Positions 7,117 through 13,540 of a DNA stretch of 13,540 nucleotides are shown here, one piece after another. The stretch covers positions 1 to 13,540 of the forward strand of contig JBIOWP010000077.1 in NCBI GenBank assembly GCA_044868695.1. The letters are read 5' to 3'. This DNA is from a bacterium. Lineage in GTDB: Bacteria > Sysuimicrobiota > Sysuimicrobiia > Sysuimicrobiales > Kaftiobacteriaceae. A program made the translations under genes and the position numbers. The notes below the pieces were generated by a model that saw only the letters and a list, made by a program, of their open reading frames with translations, ran no database searches and was not told the DNA's origin. Each line of letters starts with the position of its first letter. The first letter of the stretch is position 1.

Positions 7117-7209
7117 GTGATTCCTGATTCGTGACTCGTGACTCACGGCTATTCCTATTCCTCAACGCGTTCCCGCGTTCCCGCGTTCCCGCGTTCCCCT
7201 GTTCCCTGT
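7117..7209. repeat. Compound short tandem repeat array in a divergent intergenic region
   Basis: STGAYTC x4 (7117-7144), CTATTC x2 (7149-7160), CGCGTTCC x4 (7166-7197), CCTGTTCC (7198-7205) and a partial unit. Confidence 0.9.
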
Positions 7210-7253
7210 CTTTGAGAGGAGCGTTTCGCGCGATTCCAGAACCCTGATACGTC

Positions 7254-8540
7254 ATGCCGGCGAGAACTGATTATGACGTGATCGTGGTCGGCGCAGGTCC
7301 CGCCGGCGGGATGACGGCGTTGACCGCTGCCGGGCTTGGACTGCGCACGGCGCTGGTGGAAGACCATCCGGAGGTGGGCGCTCCGACACACTGTTCAGGC
7401 AAGCTGCAGCTCCACGCGTTCCGTGAGTTCGGCCTTCCGGCCCACTTAATCCTCAACACCCTGCAGGCGGGCGCGTTCTACGCGCCCAGCGGCGCGGTCG
7501 CGCGCGTGCGCCGCGCGGCACCTGATTCCCACGTGGTGGACCGCGCGGTGTTCGACCGGTGGCTGGCCGGCCAGGCGCAGGAGCGTGGAGCCGATCTGCT
7601 GCTTGGGACCCGGCTGCGGATGGCCGAACGGGTCAACGGCGCCATCCGTGTGACCGGAGAACGCGGCGGCAGTGCGTTTTCAGCCACCGCGCCCCTGATC
7701 GTCGACGCCGAAGGCGCGCGGCCCGTTCTGCCCGCCACCCTCGGCCTGCATCTCCCGCGCCGTCTGGTCATGGGCTTGCAGTATCAGCTGAGCGACGTCG
7801 ATCTGGAGGCAGAAGACTGTCCCGAAGTGTACCTGGGATCATCGTCCGCTCCGGGGTTTTTCGCGTGGTTGATGCCGATCGGCCGAGGGCGGGCGCGCGT
7901 GGGGGTGTGCGTCGATCCGCACCTGGCCGTCCGTGCGCCGGTTCATTACCTGGACCGCGTGATCCGCGAGCACCCCGTTGCCTCGACCCGTCTGCGCCGC
8001 GCGCGGGTGGAGCGCAAGCTCGCCGGTCCGATTCCCATCCTGGCGACGCGCCGGCCGCCCATCGTGGACGGAATGATCCTGGTGGGTGATGCCGCCGGAC
8101 ACGTCAAGGCCACGAGCGGGGGAGGTATCTATTTCTCACTGATTGCCGGCCGGCTGGCGGCGAACGCCGCGGCCGAATACGCCGGCGGTGACCGGACCGC
8201 TCTGGTCCGCTACCACCGGGCGTGCCGGGCCAGATTCGGCCGCGAGCTACGGGCCACCGCCATGGCGCGCCTCGCCCTCGACCACATGAGCGATGCGGAC
8301 GTCGATGCCATCATCGGCGCGGTGGCCTCCGACGACCGGCTGCGCGTGACGATCGAGCGGCTGGGGGACACCGCGTTTCAGTCCCGTCTCCTCCCGCCCC
8401 TCGCCGCGCACGCGCTGCGGCCGGCGCTCCTGCCGGCGCTCGCGCGCCCGATGCTGAAGATGCTGCGCCACGGGCTGCGCGCGCTGTGGACCGACGGCAT
8501 CCCGCTGGAGGAGAACGGCGCGGGTGAAGTGAACGGGTAG
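7254..8540 (+). CDS. Geranylgeranyl reductase family FAD-dependent oxidoreductase
   Basis: 428 aa. DVIVVGAGPAG, PTHCSG, VDRAVFDRWL, IVDAEGA, APGFFAWLMP and LVGDAAGHVKATSGGGI. Confidence 0.88.
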   Translation: MPARTDYDVIVVGAGPAGGMTALTAAGLGLRTALVEDHPEVGAPTHCSGKLQLHAFREFGLPAHLILNTLQAGAFYAPSGAVARVRRAAPDSHVVDRAVFDRWLAGQAQERGADLLLGTRLRMAERVNGAIRVTGERGGSAFSATAPLIVDAEGARPVLPATLGLHLPRRLVMGLQYQLSDVDLEAEDCPEVYLGSSSAPGFFAWLMPIGRGRARVGVCVDPHLAVRAPVHYLDRVIREHPVASTRLRRARVERKLAGPIPILATRRPPIVDGMILVGDAAGHVKATSGGGIYFSLIAGRLAANAAAEYAGGDRTALVRYHRACRARFGRELRATAMARLALDHMSDADVDAIIGAVASDDRLRVTIERLGDTAFQSRLLPPLAAHALRPALLPALARPMLKMLRHGLRALWTDGIPLEENGAGEVNG

Positions 8541-8545
8541 GGAGC

Positions 8546-9805
8546 ATGCGCATTATCGCCGACCTCCACCTCCACTCCAAGTACAGCCGGGCGACCAGCC
8601 GGGAGATGGATGTGGAGAACATGGCCCGGTGGTGCAAGATCAAGGGCATCACCATCGTCGGCACCGGCGATTTCACCCATCCGGTCTGGCTCCGCGAACT
8701 CAAAGTCAAGCTCAAGCCCACCGACCGCGGCCTGTACACCCACGCCGGCGTACATTTCATGCTGACCGTCGAAGTCTCCAACATCTACCCGCAGGGCGGC
8801 CGCCTCCGGAAGATCCACAACATCATCTTCTGTCCCTCGTTCGAACTGGCGGAGCGCATCAACGCCGTGCTGGGACGGTTCGGGTCACTGATGGCCGACG
8901 GCCGCCCGACGCTGACGCTGCCGTCGGACAAGATGGTGGAATACCTGATGGAGATCTCTCCAGACTGCATGGTGGTCCCCGCGCACGCGTGGACGCCGTG
9001 GTTCAGCCTGTTCGGGTCCAACTCCGGCTTCGACGCGTTGAAGGAGTGCTTCGGCGCGCAGGCCCGGCATATCGCGGCGGTCGAGACCGGGCTCAGCAGC
9101 GACCCGCCCATGAACTGGCGGCTGTCGCAGCTCGACCCGGTGATGCTGCTCAGCAACTCCGACGCGCACTCACCGGCCAAGCTGGGCCGTGAGGCCAACG
9201 TCTTCCAGGCCGAACCAGACTACTATGAACTGCTGCGGATCATTCGCGAGAAAGACACCAGCAAGTTCCAGTACACGGTGGAGTTCTTCCCGGAAGAAGG
9301 GAAGTACCACTACGACGGCCACCGTAATTGCAACACCCGCATGACCCCGAAGGACGCCAAGGCCGTTGCGAACCGCTGCCCCGTCTGCCAGCGACCGGTC
9401 ACGGTCGGTGTGATGCACCGGGTGGAAGATCTGGCCGACCGAGAGGAAGGCTACGTCCCGCCGGGCGTCGTACCGTATCGCAACCTGATCCCGCTGGAGG
9501 AGATCGTGGCCGAGGCGATGGGCGCGCAGGTCGGCACCAGTGCGGTGCGGGAGGAGTACTTCAAGTTGTGCGCCCAGCTGGGTTCGGAGTTTGCCGTGCT
9601 CCTGGACGTCCCCCTCGAGGAACTGGCCAGGCACACAACGCCCCGCATCGCCGACGGCGTGGGCCGCGTGCGCGAGGGGCGCGTTGAGATCAAGCCGGGT
9701 TACGACGGGACCTACGGCGAGATCCGCATCTTCGGCACCGCCGCCGAAACCGCCCAAGCCGAGGCGGCCAAGAAAGCCGAGCCGGCGCAGACTTCCTTGT
9801 TCTAA
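8546..9805 (+). CDS. Endonuclease Q family protein (PHP domain plus Zn-binding subdomain)
   Basis: 419 aa. ADLHLHSKYSRATS, GTGDFTHP, PAHAWTPWFS, ETGLSSDP, SNSDAHS, GKYHYDGHRNC...CPVC..GVMHRV and PGYDGTYG. Confidence 0.9.
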   Translation: MRIIADLHLHSKYSRATSREMDVENMARWCKIKGITIVGTGDFTHPVWLRELKVKLKPTDRGLYTHAGVHFMLTVEVSNIYPQGGRLRKIHNIIFCPSFELAERINAVLGRFGSLMADGRPTLTLPSDKMVEYLMEISPDCMVVPAHAWTPWFSLFGSNSGFDALKECFGAQARHIAAVETGLSSDPPMNWRLSQLDPVMLLSNSDAHSPAKLGREANVFQAEPDYYELLRIIREKDTSKFQYTVEFFPEEGKYHYDGHRNCNTRMTPKDAKAVANRCPVCQRPVTVGVMHRVEDLADREEGYVPPGVVPYRNLIPLEEIVAEAMGAQVGTSAVREEYFKLCAQLGSEFAVLLDVPLEELARHTTPRIADGVGRVREGRVEIKPGYDGTYGEIRIFGTAAETAQAEAAKKAEPAQTSLF

Positions 9806-9810
9806 CTCCA

Positions 9811-9914
9811 AACTGCGGGAACAAGGGAACGAGGGAATCAGGGAACGAGGAGGGCAAACAACGTCGGCGTCAGGGAAGGAACTGGTTCCCTCGATCCCTC
9901 GTTCCCTCGCTTCC
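9811..9914. repeat. Inverted pair of octamer tandem arrays (hairpin-forming)
   Basis: GGGAACAA GGGAACGA GGGAATCA GGGAACGA (9817-9848), a 34-nt spacer, then TGGTTCCC TCGATCCC TCGTTCCC TCGCTTCC (9883-9914). The left arm is preceded by AACTGC. Confidence 0.9.
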
Positions 9915-9921
9915 TGTCGTT

Positions 9922-11100
9922 ATGGCCACCGTCTTCCTCAGGCCCGGCAAAGAGCGGCGCGTCTCTACCGGCCATCTCTGGGTGTACGCCGGTGAGATCG
10001 CGCGCATCGACGGAACGGTCGAGGACGGCGGCATCGTCGATGTTCGGACATTCCGGGGGCAGTGGATCGGGCGGGGCTTTCTCAATCGGAACTCCGCGCT
10101 CGCCGTCCGCCTGCTGACGTTCGGTCACGAGGAGATCACTGAAGGATTTTTCCGACGGCGCCTCGCCGATGCGCTCGCCTACCGGCAGCGGGTAATGGGC
10201 GCACTGCCGGCGTGCCGTGTAGTCTACGGCGAAGCGGACCTGCTGCCCTCGCTGATCGTCGACCGCTACGGCGACGTCGTCGTCATGCAGACGCTGGCTC
10301 TGGGGATGGACGTCCGCAAGGCGATGCTGGCCGACCTGCTGGCCGACCTGCTGCGACCGTCCGCGATCTATGAGCGCAACGATCCACCCGCCCGCAGGTT
10401 GGAAGGCCTGGGGGCGCAGACCGGTTGGATGAGGGGAGAAGCCGACCCGCTCGTGGTGATTCAGGAGGGGCCCGCGCGCCTGCTGGTCGATGTCGCACGC
10501 GGGCAGAAAACCGGATTCTTCCTCGATCAACGCGAGAACCGGCTGGCCGCGGCGGCCCTGTGCCGGGATGCGGCCGTGCTGGACGCGTTCTGCTACACGG
10601 GCGCGTTTTCGGTGCAGGCGGCGCTGGCCGGCGCGAAGGACGTCACCGGCATCGACATTTCGGAGGACGCCGTGGTGCTGGCCCGGCGCGCGTCGGAGAT
10701 CAACGGGGTCGGCGACCGATGTCACTTCATCGCCGCCAACGCCTTTGACGAACTGCGGCGACAGGTGTCCGTGCACGCGCAATTCGATGTGGTGATCCTC
10801 GACCCCCCGCCGTTCGCCCGGACCAGGGACGCCGTGCCGCGGGCGCTGGGCGGATACAAAGAGATCAACCTGCGGGCGATGAAACTCCTGCGGCCCGGTG
10901 GGATTCTTGTCACCTGCTCGTGTTCTCATCACGTGGGGGAGGCGCTGCTCCTGGAAACCGTGGTCTCGGCGGCGGCCGATGCGCGGCGCGCCGTCCGGCT
11001 CGTCGAGAGCCGAGGCCAGGGCAGGGATCATCCGGTGCACCCGGCCATGCCGGAAACACGGTATCTGACCTGTCTGATTCTGGAAGTGCGTCCGGCCTAG
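9922..11100 (+). CDS. rlmI: RlmI-type class I SAM-dependent rRNA methyltransferase with PUA domain
   Basis: 392 aa. GHLWVYAGEI (PUA), RVVYGEADLLPSLIVDRYG, GQKTGFFLDQRENR, VLDAFCYTGAF, DVVILDPP, TCSCS and DHPV..PETRYL. Confidence 0.85.
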   Translation: MATVFLRPGKERRVSTGHLWVYAGEIARIDGTVEDGGIVDVRTFRGQWIGRGFLNRNSALAVRLLTFGHEEITEGFFRRRLADALAYRQRVMGALPACRVVYGEADLLPSLIVDRYGDVVVMQTLALGMDVRKAMLADLLADLLRPSAIYERNDPPARRLEGLGAQTGWMRGEADPLVVIQEGPARLLVDVARGQKTGFFLDQRENRLAAAALCRDAAVLDAFCYTGAFSVQAALAGAKDVTGIDISEDAVVLARRASEINGVGDRCHFIAANAFDELRRQVSVHAQFDVVILDPPPFARTRDAVPRALGGYKEINLRAMKLLRPGGILVTCSCSHHVGEALLLETVVSAAADARRAVRLVESRGQGRDHPVHPAMPETRYLTCLILEVRPA

Positions 11101-11131
11101 GGGGCGTCCTGAAGGTGCGGCTGCGCGGGCA

Positions 11132-11140
11132 TGGTATAAT
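11132..11140 (+). promoter_or_regulatory. Extended -10 promoter TGGTATAAT
   Basis: Perfect TGnTATAAT in the intergenic gap upstream of the AAA-R3H/tmk/darA run. Confidence 0.75.
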
Positions 11141-11248
11141 TACTGGTGACATTGTGAGACCTCGCCACGTTCCCCCGGTTGTATTCCGATGAGTGACGGC
11201 GTGATGGCTCAGCCAGCGGCCTCTCGCCGCGAGGCAGGGGTAGCCGCG

Positions 11249-12784
11249 GTGCCGCGCCAGATTCAAATCACTGACAACCTGGATCTCCTGCTGCAGGTGC
11301 TGCCGCCCCGGGTGCGCGACGCGCTGCAGCAGCAACCCGATCTGGAGACGCTGCTCGAGGTCGTGCTCGACCTCGGCCGCAAGCCCGAGGCGCGCTTCCC
11401 CGGCCGTGTCCTTTCCGTGAGTGAGGGGTACGTCGCCCACGAAGACCTCCGCTATGCCACCAGCCGGGTCGGCGCGTTCGGGAAGGACAACCGCGCCGGC
11501 ATCGAGCGCACGCTGCACCGCATCTCCGCCATCCGGAACCGTCAAGGCGAGATCATCGGGCTGACCTGCCGCGTCGGCCGGGCCGTCGTCGGCACCGTCG
11601 ACATTGTGCGGGACGTCATCGAATCGGGAAAGAGCATTTTGCTGCTGGGACGCCCCGGTGTGGGCAAAACGACGCTGCTCCGGGAAGCGGCGCGGGTCAT
11701 GGCCGATGAGTTCGGTAAGCGCGTCGTGGTGGTGGACACGTCCAACGAGATCGCGGGCGACGGTGATATCCCGCACCCCGGTATTGGTGCGGCCCGCCGC
11801 ATGCAGGTGCCGCATCCCGAGCTACAGCACGCGGTGATGATCGAGGCGGTCGAGAATCACATGCCCCAGGTCATCGTCATCGACGAAATCGGGACGGAGG
11901 CCGAGGCGCTGGCGGCCCGCACCATCGCGGAGCGCGGCGTCCAGCTGATCGCCACCGCGCACGGAAACACGCTGGACAACCTGCTCCAGAATCCGACGCT
12001 GTCCGATCTGGTCGGCGGCATTCAGGCGGTCACGCTGTCCGACGAGGAAGCCCGCCGGCGCGGGACTCAGAAGACGGTGCTGGAACGCAAGGCGCCGCCG
12101 ACATTCGACGTGGTCATTGAAATCCAGGACAAAGACCGGCTGGCCGTGCATCACGATGTCGCGTCCGTCGTGGACCGCTACCTCCGCGGGGCCCTGCCGC
12201 GCCCGGAAACCCGGGTCCGAACCCAGGAGGGCGAGGTTAAGATCGAAGCCCCGCAGGTCAAGGCGGAGACCTGGGCGGCCCAGGGTCCCATGGCCCCGCC
12301 GCCGGCCGAGGATGCCTCGCGCCCCGGCCGCAAGGCCGTGCGCATCTATCCCTACGCGGTGAGCCGCAGCCGCCTGGAGCGGACAATCCGGGACCTGCGC
12401 GTGCCGGCGTACGTCGCCGACAACCTGCAGGACGCCGACGTTGTGCTCACCCTCAAGTCTCAGGAGCGCCGGCAGCCGCACAAGCTGCGCGAGGCAGTGG
12501 CGCGCGGGAAGGGGCTGCACGTGCTGAAGAGTAACACCGTCAACCAGATTCAGAGCTTCCTCCGCAGCGTCTTCGATGTCGAGGACGTTGACGAACAGGA
12601 GCTGGCCCTGCGTGAAGTGGAAGAGGCGATCTCCGAGGTCCTAAATTCCAAGCAGCCGGCGGAGCTGTCGCCGCAAAACTCCTACGTCCGGCGCCTACAG
12701 CACCAGCTCATTCAGCGCTACGGTCTGGCCTCCGAAAGCCGCGGCGAGGAACCCTTCCGCCGCGTGGTCATCTTCCCCAGGTAA
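11249..12784 (+). CDS. Ycf45-like AAA ATPase (SpoIIIAA-like) with C-terminal R3H domain
   Basis: [34 protein letters not shown], Walker [22 protein letters not shown], Walker B IVIDEIG and R3[18 protein letters not shown] 11249 follows an AGGGG Shine-Dalgarno-like motif and is preferred over ATG 11189. Confidence 0.88.
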   Translation: MPRQIQITDNLDLLLQVLPPRVRDALQQQPDLETLLEVVLDLGRKPEARFPGRVLSVSEGYVAHEDLRYATSRVGAFGKDNRAGIERTLHRISAIRNRQGEIIGLTCRVGRAVVGTVDIVRDVIESGKSILLLGRPGVGKTTLLREAARVMADEFGKRVVVVDTSNEIAGDGDIPHPGIGAARRMQVPHPELQHAVMIEAVENHMPQVIVIDEIGTEAEALAARTIAERGVQLIATAHGNTLDNLLQNPTLSDLVGGIQAVTLSDEEARRRGTQKTVLERKAPPTFDVVIEIQDKDRLAVHHDVASVVDRYLRGALPRPETRVRTQEGEVKIEAPQVKAETWAAQGPMAPPPAEDASRPGRKAVRIYPYAVSRSRLERTIRDLRVPAYVADNLQDADVVLTLKSQERRQPHKLREAVARGKGLHVLKSNTVNQIQSFLRSVFDVEDVDEQELALREVEEAISEVLNSKQPAELSPQNSYVRRLQHQLIQRYGLASESRGEEPFRRVVIFPR

Positions 12785-12796
12785 TCCGCCAGAGTC

Positions 12797-12812
12797 CAGG
12801 GAACCAGGGGAC
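12797..12812 (+). repeat. Two-unit octamer repeat overlapping the tmk ribosome-binding site
   Basis: CAGGGAAC CAGGGGAC lies just before ATG 12814 and has the same GGGAAC core as the arrays at 7166 and 9817. Confidence 0.5.
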
Positions 12813-12813
12813 C

Positions 12814-13485
12814 ATGGCACGGGGCATCTTCATCACTATTGAAGGTCCCGAGGGGGCTGGGAAGACGACGCAGGCGCGGCTGCTGTACGAGCGCCTGCGG
12901 GACCGCTACCCGGTGTTGTACACGCGCGAACCCGGCGGGACCCCGATCGGCGAACGCATCCGCACCCTCCTCCTTGATGAAGCGCATCGTGAGATGCGTC
13001 CCGAGACCGAGATGCTCCTATTCGCCGCCTCACGCGCCCAATTCGTGGCGGACGTCGTCGAACCGGCCTTGCGGGAAGGCCGCGTGGTCCTGTCCGAGCG
13101 CTACGTCGACGCGTCCATCGCCTACCAGGGTGTCGGCCGCGGGCTGGGAGTGGATGTGGTCCGGCATGTCAACGAGGCGGCGACCCGCGGGCTGATGCCT
13201 GATCTCACCATCCTGCTCGATGTCGATCCGTCGGTTGGATTGGCCCGCGCGCGGGACGCCGCGGGCAAAGAGGGACGCAGAGGCCGCGGCGACCGGCTGG
13301 AGCAGGAAGACCTCAGTTTTCACGCGCGGGTGAGGGCAGGATTCCTTACAATCGCACGAGAAGAACCCGACCGCGTTCACATCGTGGACGGCGGCCGCGC
13401 CCAGCAAACAGTGCACGACGAGATCGTGGAACGGGTCGTGAGGAAACTGGGCGCCAGGGGGTGGCGGGCATCAAACTCGTCCTAG
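12814..13485 (+). CDS. tmk: Thymidylate kinase
   Basis: 223 aa. FITIEGPEGAGKTTQ, TREPGGT, EMLLFAASRAQ, RYVDASIAYQG, PDLTILLDVDP and DRLEQEDLSFHARVRAGF. Confidence 0.96.
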   Translation: MARGIFITIEGPEGAGKTTQARLLYERLRDRYPVLYTREPGGTPIGERIRTLLLDEAHREMRPETEMLLFAASRAQFVADVVEPALREGRVVLSERYVDASIAYQGVGRGLGVDVVRHVNEAATRGLMPDLTILLDVDPSVGLARARDAAGKEGRRGRGDRLEQEDLSFHARVRAGFLTIAREEPDRVHIVDGGRAQQTVHDEIVERVVRKLGARGWRASNSS

Positions 13486-13540
13486 CCATTGTGCAGGAAA
13501 AGGACGTGGGACGGTTGATCGATGCCCTCACCGAAGACGG
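13461..13540 (+). CDS. darA: Cyclic-di-AMP receptor DarA/PstA (YaaQ; PII-like), 5' part only
   Basis: Missing from the ORF track. Reads (M)AGIKLVLAIVQEKDVGRLIDALTED, matching the MKLIxAIVQDxDxxxLxxAL N-terminus of DarA/PstA. It sits right after tmk, as in Bacillus tmk-darA, and overlaps the tmk stop. Confidence 0.8.
   Translation, partial: MAGIKLVLAIVQEKDVGRLIDALTED

Noticed and set aside
7114..7146. DUF192 start at GTG 7146 (MSHESRIRNHA)
   Set aside because: Translation of the heptamer repeat. The signal peptide starts at ATG 7113.
9817..9914. CRISPR array or classical intrinsic terminator
   Set aside because: Units are 8 nt with no unique spacers and no cas genes nearby, and there is no U-tract after the stem.

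Overview
GC-rich bacterial housekeeping region with 12 protein-coding genes and no tRNA, rRNA, CRISPR or transposase. Minus strand: a partial MFS transporter, glutamine-dependent NAD+ synthetase (nadE), and a cytoplasmic PdtaS/PdtaR-type pair (GAF-GAF-HisKA_2 kinase plus REC-ANTAR regulator). A long PIMT-family methyltransferase diverges from the kinase and converges on a DUF192 gene. Plus strand: geranylgeranyl-reductase-family flavoprotein, endonuclease Q, RlmI-type methyltransferase, Ycf45-like AAA-R3H protein, tmk and the start of a DarA/PstA-like c-di-AMP receptor. The tmk-darA order suggests a Terrabacteria lineage (inference). The notable signals are outside the ORF track: a 120-200 nt highly base-paired element between the ANTAR regulator and nadE, a family of GGGA-core 7/8-nt tandem arrays (two arranged as inverted pairs, both preceded by AACTG), a 12-bp overlapping bidirectional -10 element, two possible near-cognate start codons, and a 48-codon patch of atypical codon usage inside the kinase. 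All family calls come from motif recognition by eye; no searches or folding programs were run.
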